Shown here piece by piece: positions 20,901 through 36,169 of a DNA stretch of 64,000 nucleotides. This stretch comes from Clostridia bacterium (GTDB lineage Bacteria; Bacillota; Clostridia; UBA1212; DUPL01). The first letter of the stretch is position 1. Each line of letters begins with the position of its first letter. The notes below the pieces were generated by a model. That model made no database searches, was not told the DNA's origin, and saw only the letters and a list, made by a program, of their open reading frames with translations. The position numbers and the translations under genes are program-made. The stretch spans positions 32,001 to 96,000 of the forward strand of contig JBMNIW010000007.1 in assembly GCA_050951325.1 (NCBI GenBank). Direction: 5' to 3'.

Positions 20901-21304
20901 ACACCTGCCGCAACAAGCATTTGAGCATGCTTTCTATACACCCATTCATCCTGGTTTTCGTAATAGCCGAAATATGGTTTTGCCCAAATATCTATGCCGT
21001 CTCTTACAAGGGCTTCCCAAACGCCTTCCTTGCCACTTGACTGGTAGATAAAACTCTTGTCGTTTAACCGTCTTCCTGCATAAGACGTGTCCATGAAAAG
21101 AAAATAGAAGATGCCTACGTACTTTTCCTTTTTCTTTTTACCTGCTTCCTTTTGTGTTGCCACTTTTCGCCCAAGACCGTCTGTTGCTACCCATGTTTTA
21201 GTAACACCCGAAAGATCGGATTGTGTTTTCGCCTGTCCCGAAACACCAAATGCGGGTATGGAATATATGAGAATAAACATAAAAGCAAAAATTTTTCTTA
21301 ACAT
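17924..21304 (-). CDS. GH99/GH71-like and CBM9-like domains fused via two TM helices to an ABC solute-binding domain (paralogue 2)
   Basis: Signal peptide; WAKPYFGYY, WNEF, EFSRDIEP, FKWADN; two hydrophobic helices; then VPFNYD...FEELGVKVPDSNWTYEDF, a family-1 SBP pattern. Confidence 0.72.
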   Translation of the reverse strand: MLRKIFAFMFILIYSIPAFGVSGQAKTQSDLSGVTKTWVATDGLGRKVATQKEAGKKKKEKYVGIFYFLFMDTSYAGRRLNDKSFIYQSSGKEGVWEALVRDGIDIWAKPYFGYYENQDEWVYRKHAQMLVAAGVDFVFLDITNPNMYQSAWKTLFRVWQGIRDEGGVTPQIVFHCGDAPERMQSHLGVLWSEIYAPGKYKNLWFMWEGKPLIFGNPKNISGEQKDFFTIKRSWAFNTWTEDDGGVDRWPWIAEWPQVPGKNKSGEIEQVAVSAGFHASTSRGRSFVQGEQISNGKKDFGYSLEETKYGLAFKEQWERALELDPKVIMVTGWNEFTNGGSEVTSNTPSWPVAGTYSTVVGDLQFGKVFVDCFSVEFSRDIEPIDGFFGDNFYYQLCHYIRLFKGMDELPLGEGSHDMGLSVDLDKWGKVQPEFRDITHDITHRNHRSVTGTYHYTNDTGRNDIEYAKVSKLDDKTYFFVSCVNDIVFDDGENWMNLFLDVDQNHETGWEGYDYIINRSRDDKYATIERFAGGGWEFEEVGKAEYKVEGNRMVICVPNNLVGLEKRDNFDFKWADNSTTEGDVMQFMDLGDAAPDSRFNFRYVKKDGNIVEKEETRASKINYGVIGALGIGVVALVAIAVVLLKMQQKGIIISAVILLVAIAAIASSLHFFGRKREPEEGGENVIEETEASKRKTITLVVREDISPDADMDKLKETLVEFIDAFKKENKGVGVRVEFVKDFPAKLSGDVVLIPADSALEYMRDPKYYGKEKGPQFADLEKHGIKGEKMVESALSLGKVGTSLQWVPFNYDRAVVLCDLNVFEELGVKVPDSNWTYEDFVETVEALTQKKNSKSYTGVYLPYHQAFVWMQFVRGFGGEWFDEDNLDLVLTQGKSFEGLSSMFMLLNRGYAQANGFDAKNSLNAKCGMSFAFASQPDRNGMYFLSEEELMRNPANYAEELAKDNNLLILPLPKFPEGDVGASNTDFIHGFAMVDSSKKKNLAAKLIGFSQSVEGQKILNKYYGGIPSNVDAQKEDFWKVGVFASQANAENALMGIEHDRRDDFFEALHDSKDLFEENIRLRAMFSRVLFRDLERLNNKGTKDRVGDAVVDALKQLERQSSITIKLAERR

Positions 21305-21423
21305 GAGCTACTCCTTTCCTGTAATAAATGTTAATATAGTATATCATAAATATTAATTGCGCAGGCTAATGAATTAAATGATAAAATATAATATAATTGT
21401 TAAAAAGGCATATGGAGGTTAAA

Positions 21424-23409
21424 ATGAACGCAAGAAGAATACTGTGCTCCCTTGTGCTTGTGGCATTAAGCCTGGCCATTATGGGTGTTTCCGGCATGGA
21501 AGAGGATTACAATATTGAACTTGTAAAACCAGATACATGGGTGGCAACCGATGGCCTTGGCAGAACCTTGTCAGGCTACAAGCAGGTGGGCCCAGAGAGG
21601 AAAGACAGGTATGTAGGAATGTTCTACTGGACCTGGCACGCTTCCCACGCAGAAGACAACTTGCCAAGAAATGTACAGCAAATACTTGACTCACTGGATC
21701 CTGACGAAGCTCAAAAAGCCCAAAACGACTATCACCATCCAGTTTGGGCGGACTATACGGGCTACCATTTCTGGAACGAGCCCATTTTTGGTTACTACTC
21801 CACCACGGACAAGTACGTTCTAAGAAAACATGCCGAAATGCTGGCAGACGCAGGAGTGGATGTAATATTCTTTGACTGCACAAATGCCGCCCACCTGTGG
21901 AGAGAGTCATACATGGCTCTTCTTGAAACTTTCTCGGAAGCAAGGAAACAGGGAGTAAAAACACCTCAAATATCTTTTATGCTGAACTTCGGACCAATGC
22001 CCTCAACCACAATTATGCTGGAGAAATTGTACGAAGATTTATACAAGGACGGCAAATACAAGGACTTGTGGTTTTACTGGGATGGAAAACCTTTAATAAT
22101 GGCCCATCCAGACGGACTGCATCCATTTTCGGATAACCACAATGAAATATTGGAGTTCTTCACTTTCAGACGCAACGAAGCCTCGTATTTCACCAGGGCT
22201 TACGGCATGGGATACTGGGGCTGGCTCTCCATATATCCACAAGGCAAATTCGGCGTTGACAACGACGGCAATGTGGAGCAAATGACTGTTGGAGTTGCTC
22301 AGAATGCAACAGAGGAGTTCCTCACTGCCATGAATGGCAAAAACGTCCTTGGAAGAAGCTATACTTCTGGTGACTACTATTACACATATAAATACAAGAA
22401 TAAGAAAATAAAAGTTGACAAGAATATCGAAAACTCAAAACTCTACGGGCTTAATTTCCAACAACAGTGGGATTACGCCATCAAAAACGACCCTGAATTC
22501 ATATTCGTCACTGGCTGGAATGAATGGGTTGCTTTAAGATTTTCAGAGTGGCAGGGTGTTGAAAACGCATTCCCGGATCAGTTTAACGATGAGTATTCAA
22601 GAGATATAGAGCCATCAAAAGGAGACTTGAAAGACCACTACTATTATCAACTGGTGGAAAACATACGTAGATTCAAAGGTGTAAGCAAGCCTGAAAAGCT
22701 TAACGCAAAGAAAACGATAGACATATTCGGCTCTCTTGACCAGTGGGACGAAATAACTCCATTCTACCACTACACCCAAAACACATGGGACAGAGACCAC
22801 AATGGATATAAAGGCACACATTACACAAACAAAACGATGAGGAATGACATAAGGGTGGCAAAAGTAAGTTTTGATAGAAAGAACATATACTTTTACGTGG
22901 AAACCGTCGACAAACTTACTTCCCATAAGGACCGCGGCTGGATGAGGCTTTTTATCGACACCAGGAAGGCAACGAAAAACTCAAAAGACTGGGAAGAGAT
23001 TGAGTATGTGGTTAACAGAATCAACCCGACAGACCAAGTGGCGTATGTTGAAAAAAGCAAAGGCGGTTGGAATTGGGAGGTCGTTGCAGAAGTTAAATAC
23101 TCTGTAAAGGATAATGTACTGCAACTAGAGATACCTAGAAAAGTTCTTGGTCTTAATTCTTTAGGGGATCCTGTTTTTAACTTCAAGTGGGCGGATAACA
23201 ACTGTCTGAATGGGGACATCTTTACCTTTTACACAGACGGAGATGCCGCTCCCGGTGGAAGGTTCATGTTCCACTTCAATACAAACCAGGGATTAAGTAC
23301 AATTGCCACAGCAATAATTACCATATCAGTTCTTGCTGTTGCAATTGTTTCAACACTGCTCACAACTAGAAAAAAAAGAAAAGAAAGGAGTCATAAAAGT
23401 GAGTTTTAG
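21424..23409 (+). CDS. GH99/GH71-like and CBM9-like protein with C-terminal membrane anchor (paralogue 3)
   Basis: GGAGG RBS, signal peptide, WNEPIFGYY, WNEW, EYSRDIEP, C-terminal TM helix then RKKRK. Confidence 0.72.
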   Translation: MNARRILCSLVLVALSLAIMGVSGMEEDYNIELVKPDTWVATDGLGRTLSGYKQVGPERKDRYVGMFYWTWHASHAEDNLPRNVQQILDSLDPDEAQKAQNDYHHPVWADYTGYHFWNEPIFGYYSTTDKYVLRKHAEMLADAGVDVIFFDCTNAAHLWRESYMALLETFSEARKQGVKTPQISFMLNFGPMPSTTIMLEKLYEDLYKDGKYKDLWFYWDGKPLIMAHPDGLHPFSDNHNEILEFFTFRRNEASYFTRAYGMGYWGWLSIYPQGKFGVDNDGNVEQMTVGVAQNATEEFLTAMNGKNVLGRSYTSGDYYYTYKYKNKKIKVDKNIENSKLYGLNFQQQWDYAIKNDPEFIFVTGWNEWVALRFSEWQGVENAFPDQFNDEYSRDIEPSKGDLKDHYYYQLVENIRRFKGVSKPEKLNAKKTIDIFGSLDQWDEITPFYHYTQNTWDRDHNGYKGTHYTNKTMRNDIRVAKVSFDRKNIYFYVETVDKLTSHKDRGWMRLFIDTRKATKNSKDWEEIEYVVNRINPTDQVAYVEKSKGGWNWEVVAEVKYSVKDNVLQLEIPRKVLGLNSLGDPVFNFKWADNNCLNGDIFTFYTDGDAAPGGRFMFHFNTNQGLSTIATAIITISVLAVAIVSTLLTTRKKRKERSHKSEF

Positions 23410-25201
23410 GAAATTTACCACATTGTTATCATGCCTTTTACTCCCTTTAAGCATAACGGCAGGATGTACAAATGTATTGAAAAAAACCGTGGATGCCTAT
23501 AGTGTAAATGAAGGCAGAAACTTTAACTACTTATGCGGAGTAGACCAATTCGGGAGGATTTTTGAACCTGTTACAGGCATGAATGAAGAAAAACATGTAG
23601 GCATGTTCTATTTTTTATGGCATGGCGAATCAGGAGTCACAACGCATAATATTACTCAGCTTCTTAAAGAAGATCCGGATGCTTTGTTTGATGTAAAAGG
23701 CTCGAGCAAAAGCCCATTGAATGCTTTCCACTACTGGGACGAACCCATATTTGGCTATTACCGTTCGGATGACAAATGGGTAATTGCAAGACACTGCGAG
23801 CTTCTTTCACAAGCAGGTATTGATTTTCTTGTGTTCGACACCACCAACGCCTTTATTTACGAGAAATCCTACACTGCCCTTCTGGAAGTATTCTCAGAAT
23901 ACCAGGAAAGAGGCTGGAATGTACCCAAAATCGCATTTTACACCAATTCCATGTCCATTAGGACCATGAACCAATTGTACGAAAAACTCTACAGCAAAGG
24001 CCTTTACAAAGAACTTTGGTACTGTCCGGACGGTGAAAGACCCCTAATCATTGGCGCATTAAATGCAGAACATGACAAGAAGATATATAACAATCCAAGT
24101 TACAACCCACCAGAGCTGACAGAAGAGTTTTTAAACTTCTTTGATTTAAGAAGTACGCAGTGGCCCTTTGACCCATTCATACCTGACGGATTCCCCTGGA
24201 TGGAGTGGCTGTATCCACAACCAAATCACAACGGTATTATGAATGTTTCTCTTGCCCAGCATCCGCAACTCCCCTTCAGCAACTCCTACTTCAACAGAAA
24301 CCTTAACAAGGGAAGAGGATACGACTTTGATAAAAAGGAAAACATTGAATCCGAATATGCAAAAGGATTAAATGCCCAGTATCAGTGGAATACAGTGCAC
24401 AAGAACGCAAAAGACGTTCATACAGTATTTGTAACCGGGTGGAACGAATGGATTGCTCAAAAGCTTAATTTGAGCGGAGCTATTGGTTTTGTCGACTGCT
24501 TCAATGAAGAGTTTTCAAGAGATATAGAACCTTCAAAGAACGGAACGTATCAGGATGCATTTATCATCCAACTTATTCAGAACGTACGCAAGTTTAAAGG
24601 GTTGAATGAGAAATTCAAAGCTCCTGACAAGGCAACCATAGATATTAAAGGCGATGTATCCCAGTGGGATAAAATAAGGAATACGTATATTAATATTTCT
24701 GAGACAGAAACAGGAAGAGACAGTAATTCAGTTGACTTCAAGTACAAGTATGTACAGGAAAAACCAAGGAATATTATAAAAGAGGTGAAAATCACCCACG
24801 ACAAGAATAATGCATACATCATGATAAAATGCGTAGACGATATAATAAGTGATACGGACGAAAACTGGATGAATGTCTTTATTGGCACCAATGATGTGAA
24901 ACTGCAGGGTTGGGAATGCTACAACTATGTTATTGGAAGAAGTGTTGATGGAGACAAAATCGCCCTTAACACACTTGATGAAAACGGCAGCGCAACCAAG
25001 GTTGCTGATGCAAGGTTTTCAATAAAGGGCGATGTCATGCAGATTGAAGTAAAACTTAAGGATCTTGGTCTTAAGACAAAAGACAAAGGCTTTTACTTCA
25101 AGGTAGCAGATGGCGTTGAGAACTATGAAGACATTATGGACTACTATGTAACAGGCGAAAGCTTCCCAATGGGCCGTCTAAGCTATTACTACTACTTCTA
25201 A
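23399..25201 (+). CDS. GH99/GH71-like and CBM9-like lipoprotein (paralogue 4)
   Basis: AAAGGAG then GTG at 23399; lipobox TAGC; WDEPIFGYY, WNEW, EFSRDIEP. Confidence 0.72.
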   Translation: MSFRKFTTLLSCLLLPLSITAGCTNVLKKTVDAYSVNEGRNFNYLCGVDQFGRIFEPVTGMNEEKHVGMFYFLWHGESGVTTHNITQLLKEDPDALFDVKGSSKSPLNAFHYWDEPIFGYYRSDDKWVIARHCELLSQAGIDFLVFDTTNAFIYEKSYTALLEVFSEYQERGWNVPKIAFYTNSMSIRTMNQLYEKLYSKGLYKELWYCPDGERPLIIGALNAEHDKKIYNNPSYNPPELTEEFLNFFDLRSTQWPFDPFIPDGFPWMEWLYPQPNHNGIMNVSLAQHPQLPFSNSYFNRNLNKGRGYDFDKKENIESEYAKGLNAQYQWNTVHKNAKDVHTVFVTGWNEWIAQKLNLSGAIGFVDCFNEEFSRDIEPSKNGTYQDAFIIQLIQNVRKFKGLNEKFKAPDKATIDIKGDVSQWDKIRNTYINISETETGRDSNSVDFKYKYVQEKPRNIIKEVKITHDKNNAYIMIKCVDDIISDTDENWMNVFIGTNDVKLQGWECYNYVIGRSVDGDKIALNTLDENGSATKVADARFSIKGDVMQIEVKLKDLGLKTKDKGFYFKVADGVENYEDIMDYYVTGESFPMGRLSYYYYF

Positions 25202-25217
25202 TGATTATCATTGACAA

Positions 25218-25241
25218 ATTCCACACAGTAATGTGTGGAAT
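25218..25241. terminator. Hairpin between convergent genes at the left island edge
   Basis: ATTCCACAC-agtaat-GTGTGGAAT. Confidence 0.6.
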
Positions 25242-25257
25242 CTGTTGTTAAGAATAT

Positions 25258-26676
25258 TCAATAAGGTAATTCTACTCCATTTAATAATTGCCGGTAAGTG
25301 TATGTACATAAATAAGTTGATTCTCCACCTGAGTTATATATATCAATTCTATATACATCAATACCATTCTCATTTAATACAGCTCTTAGATCATGACTCC
25401 AACTAACAAAGTCCTGCCATTTATTATCTCTGAAGCTATAGATTTTAAACTTGCAGCATCTGTAACCCTGTCCGAATGATTCTCCTGCATATGCAAAATA
25501 TCTTTCACCCTCATACTCAAACTCTTTAAAATGACTTTCATCATTCTCTTCAAAATGATACTTTCCAACTAACTTATATTCATCATCAAAAGCAGCGAAG
25601 TACATACTTTCCTGACCCGTAGCATGAGGAGAAAATCTTTTCACAAGCATTATATTATTACCATATTTGTCTTTTCTGTAGTAATCTACTATAAATTCAG
25701 AATTCATATATGGGTTATAGTATACAATGTTTCCATAATAATCTTGCCATAATGTCATATATGGTTCAATATCTACTCCTCCTGTTTCATAACGGCTTGG
25801 ATTATCAGAATATTTTGTATTTAAAATGCTTTCAATCCCCCAATATTCTTCATCCCTTATTGGAAACCTAGATTCTAAGACTATCTCTTCATTATGATCT
25901 AAAAGATGCACATAACATATATCAATAGTGTTCTTTTTTTCAACTATAAACTTAAGGTTATAAACATTCTTTGTTAACCCAGTAAAAGTTAACGGCCACT
26001 TTTCCCACTTGCCCGTTTTGGTTAAATACCAGATGCTTATTGATTCCTGAGTGCCGGGTGGTACTGTTTTTAACATATCGTCATAGTTATCCGATGCACC
26101 TATTAATCCAATATAGTAAGTTCTACACCATTCTATTCCATCATATGTCTTTCTATCATAGTTACCCTTTGATATCCATAGCGTTAATTCTTCAGTACCT
26201 TCTACCGGATTATCGTTTTCATCATATAGTGTAAACCTAAGTTTAACTATAGGGGCATCCGTCAACTCAGCAATACAGACTAACGATGTAGCGCCATTTG
26301 AATATACGACGGTTTTCGCAGTGTCGTCTTTTACATCAGGAGTAGCTGTTGGAGTAGGAGTTGTAGTTGGAGTTGGTGTAGGTTTTATTTCTCCACTAAA
26401 GTATTTGATTATATCATCTTTATATATTCCAAAGGCTATAATTGCAGATATTATCATAACAGCAGCTATCACAGCTACATTTCTGTATATCGTTATATTA
26501 CTTCTTTTTATGATTGATACAGGTTCACTTTTCTCAACAGTTATAAAGTCGTCTTGATCGCTCTTATTTTTTATATATTCTTCTACAAGAGCATGAGTAT
26601 CATCTATAGTCTTTTGGCTTGGTACTAATTTTTCTAACGGTTTTAAATAATCACGTATTTCATTATCGGTTATCAT
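25258..26676 (-). CDS. Putative anti-sigma factor (one TM helix, PT linker, extracellular domain)
   Basis: Overlaps the ECF sigma stop codon; one TM helix; PTPTPTTTPTP linker. Confidence 0.65.
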   Translation of the reverse strand: MITDNEIRDYLKPLEKLVPSQKTIDDTHALVEEYIKNKSDQDDFITVEKSEPVSIIKRSNITIYRNVAVIAAVMIISAIIAFGIYKDDIIKYFSGEIKPTPTPTTTPTPTATPDVKDDTAKTVVYSNGATSLVCIAELTDAPIVKLRFTLYDENDNPVEGTEELTLWISKGNYDRKTYDGIEWCRTYYIGLIGASDNYDDMLKTVPPGTQESISIWYLTKTGKWEKWPLTFTGLTKNVYNLKFIVEKKNTIDICYVHLLDHNEEIVLESRFPIRDEEYWGIESILNTKYSDNPSRYETGGVDIEPYMTLWQDYYGNIVYYNPYMNSEFIVDYYRKDKYGNNIMLVKRFSPHATGQESMYFAAFDDEYKLVGKYHFEENDESHFKEFEYEGERYFAYAGESFGQGYRCCKFKIYSFRDNKWQDFVSWSHDLRAVLNENGIDVYRIDIYNSGGESTYLCTYTYRQLLNGVELPY

Positions 26677-27176
26677 TTACTATACCTCCCATCTTTAGTT
26701 AAAATCTCAGAAAGTTCGCTGCGAGCTCTTCTAAGCCATGTGTTTATTGTACTTTTTGTTTTGTTCATCATATTTGCTATCTCTTGTATTGTGTACTCTT
26801 CATAGTAGTAGAGATATAAAATTAAACTATAATTTTTACGTAAGCTATATAGGGCATTTAGCAAGTCAATGTATTCATCACTTATTCCATCTCCATTGTT
26901 AATTACCACTCCTTCTATAGGTACAATTTTATGTCTTATATTATTACGGTAATAATCTCTGCATAAGTTTATCGTTACAGTAATCAACCATGCTTTTATA
27001 TGTTCTTCATCATTAAAGGTTTTTTCTGTTTCAAGTAGTTTTATGAAAGCCTCTTGAACTATATCCTCTGCAGCTTCTTTGTTTTTTACATTTTGAAAAG
27101 ATATACGATATATCATTGAGATGTTGTTATCTATAATTTTATGTATCTGAGCTTTTAGTTCCTCTTTTGTATACAT
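26673..27176 (-). CDS. ECF sigma-70 factor
   Basis: AEDIVQEAFIKL, KAWLITVTIN, LYYYEEYTIQEIA, LRRAR. Confidence 0.92.
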   Translation of the reverse strand: MYTKEELKAQIHKIIDNNISMIYRISFQNVKNKEAAEDIVQEAFIKLLETEKTFNDEEHIKAWLITVTINLCRDYYRNNIRHKIVPIEGVVINNGDGISDEYIDLLNALYSLRKNYSLILYLYYYEEYTIQEIANMMNKTKSTINTWLRRARSELSEILTKDGRYSK

Positions 27177-27222
27177 TCCTTTCCTCCTACTGTATTACAT
27201 ATATAACACGCACAAACATAGT

Positions 27223-27261
27223 AAATGTACTCAAATATATCAAAAATATCTGAGTACATTT
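27223..27261 (-). terminator. Inverted repeat downstream of GH29
   Basis: AAATGTACTCA...TGAGTACATTT. Confidence 0.55.
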
Positions 27262-27292
27262 TAACAGGTATATGTAATTTAGGAAATAGCGA

Positions 27293-28516
27293 TTAATATA
27301 TTGAAAATGCTATATTAGGATTACCTTCTGCTTTTAATATTCTTAAGCGAATCCTTTTTATATACATAGGGGATATTCTATCTATCTTCTTATGGCCGAC
27401 TGCAGTTCCATGAGCTAATTCTACCCAAGAGCCATCGTCTTCTGACTCAACTATGTATTCTTTTACTAGCTCACCCTCCGATATATCTTCCATAAGCACT
27501 ATGTGGGATATTTCAGTAGATTCTTCTAGGTATATTTCAAGCTCTTCTCCTCTTCCTTGTGTTTCACCTAAAGTATTTGAAAAGGTTTTCTCAATCCATT
27601 CTCCGAACTCTTTTACCCTTAAGGTATCACATTCAGGAAGTAAGCCCCTGTTATCGGGTGCTACATTCAGTAGAAGATTTGCTCCGTGACCAACTGAGTG
27701 ATAATATATGTTTTTCAGTTCATCTAAAGATAGTAGGCTAGCTTCATCCTCAGGATGCCAGAACCAATGCAACTTTCTGATAGGTACGTCACATTCAGCA
27801 GGTACCCAGTCCCGAGTTTCAGGTAACCAGGTAAGCATATCATTTGTAACCATAGTTTTTTTAGCTTCTTTTACTGTATTCCAGCAGGGGTATGGCGCAG
27901 TTCCTTCTTCATTGCCTACCCATCTTATTGTTGGTATTCCCATATTGAATATCATTGCATCAGGCTGATATTTATTTACTATTCCAATAATTCTTCTCCA
28001 ATCATATTCACGTCCATTAGAGCCAGCCCCATCAAACCATAATTCAAATAACTCACCATATCCGGTGACCAATTCAGTTAATTGCTTTACATAAAACTCA
28101 TCATATGCCTCTTTATCTGAATAACAAGGTTCATGTCTATCCCATGGAGATAGGTATACGCCAAAATGCATTCCTAGCTCTCGACAGGCTTTTGCACATT
28201 CTGCTACAACATCACCCTTTCCTTCTTTCCAGGGACTTGATTTTACTGAGTAGGATGTAGTATCTGTTTGCCATAAACAAAAACCATCATGATGCTTTGC
28301 TGTCAGTATAAAATACTTAAATCCGGCCTCTTTTGCAGTTTTTATCCACTCATAGGCATTAAGTTGCTGCGGATTGAACAAGGTTGGTGAGTCTTCACCT
28401 TCTCCCCATTCTCGGTTACAAAATGTGTTAAGTCCGAAATGACAAAACATTCCCATTTCTAAGTCCTGCCATCTCTTTTGAGCTTCTGTTGGCTTTGCTA
28501 ATTCACTTTGCTTCAT
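27293..28516 (-). CDS. Alpha-L-fucosidase, GH29
   Basis: MFCHFG, LTAKHHDGFCLW, YLSPWD, WFDGA, RWVGNE. Confidence 0.92.
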   Translation of the reverse strand: MKQSELAKPTEAQKRWQDLEMGMFCHFGLNTFCNREWGEGEDSPTLFNPQQLNAYEWIKTAKEAGFKYFILTAKHHDGFCLWQTDTTSYSVKSSPWKEGKGDVVAECAKACRELGMHFGVYLSPWDRHEPCYSDKEAYDEFYVKQLTELVTGYGELFELWFDGAGSNGREYDWRRIIGIVNKYQPDAMIFNMGIPTIRWVGNEEGTAPYPCWNTVKEAKKTMVTNDMLTWLPETRDWVPAECDVPIRKLHWFWHPEDEASLLSLDELKNIYYHSVGHGANLLLNVAPDNRGLLPECDTLRVKEFGEWIEKTFSNTLGETQGRGEELEIYLEESTEISHIVLMEDISEGELVKEYIVESEDDGSWVELAHGTAVGHKKIDRISPMYIKRIRLRILKAEGNPNIAFSIY

Positions 28517-28527
28517 AGTACCTCCTC

Positions 28528-29478
28528 TTATCCTCTTCGCATACATGAGTTTAGTTCTTTTTCTAACTCCTCAAGCGTACATTTATTTTTTATGTAACAT
28601 TGATTTCCATCCATACAATATTCAAATGTGTTAGAACCATCTTCTTTTATAAACGCCTTACCATTGTTTGATATGCTATAGTATTCTCCTTCTCCTTCAA
28701 ACGCAAAATGTACTGCAGTTAAATCCCAACAATTATTTTCTCTTGGTTTTTCAGGCCATCTTCCGTTTATGTACAGGTTGTATGAATGATATACAGGGTT
28801 GCTCTGCCAGTTCCCTGGTATATAACCATTGAAACCTGTCTTAAATCGTTTACCGAACTCATGACCTGAGTAAAACACAGGTACAGGACAGTTATCAAAA
28901 ACACCCTTTGCTGCAGCTACAGCCATTTTCACATTCCAATCAAGTCCTTCAGGAAATTCACAGGCTACTGATACTATTGAATATACTTTCTTTTTAACAA
29001 GCTCTCGTCCTGTTAAATCTGAGTAGGAGTCCGCTTTACTTTCAAATAGATCATACAAAGTAGTAAGTGGTCCTATGGTGATAATTATAGTGCTGTTATC
29101 CTCTGCATTTGCGAGTATTTTTCTGTAGAGCTCAACTGCGCCATACACCTTGAGAGTTTTACTCATATATCTCTCAGAGAAATGTTCTGACAAAAATTTA
29201 TTATAAAAGATGCTTTCTGCTAAAAAGTCTTTCTTCTCATACTGTCCTACAGGTACATCTGGGTAACCGCAGAAACAGCTAAGTGCATCTATTGCGCCTG
29301 AACCATAATCATTTGATGTACAGTTTATAATACCAGCCACTGGTATATTATATCGCTCCGCAAGTGTGTACAGCGTTGCGATAGCACCTACGTCATCTAC
29401 ATCAGGTCCTATATCTGTATCTAATATTACACTCCTTCTATAATCTTTTAATGGTTGAAATTTAATATCATTTGTCAT
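28528..29478 (-). CDS. Nucleoside hydrolase (IU-NH) fold protein
   Basis: VILDTDIGPDVDDVGA, IGPLT, DWN. Confidence 0.8.
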   Translation of the reverse strand: MTNDIKFQPLKDYRRSVILDTDIGPDVDDVGAIATLYTLAERYNIPVAGIINCTSNDYGSGAIDALSCFCGYPDVPVGQYEKKDFLAESIFYNKFLSEHFSERYMSKTLKVYGAVELYRKILANAEDNSTIIITIGPLTTLYDLFESKADSYSDLTGRELVKKKVYSIVSVACEFPEGLDWNVKMAVAAAKGVFDNCPVPVFYSGHEFGKRFKTGFNGYIPGNWQSNPVYHSYNLYINGRWPEKPRENNCWDLTAVHFAFEGEGEYYSISNNGKAFIKEDGSNTFEYCMDGNQCYIKNKCTLEELEKELNSCMRRG

Positions 29479-29488
29479 AATGCACCTC

Positions 29489-36150
<6,662 letters not shown>

Positions 36151-36169
36151 TTTTATATTCCTTTGCTAT

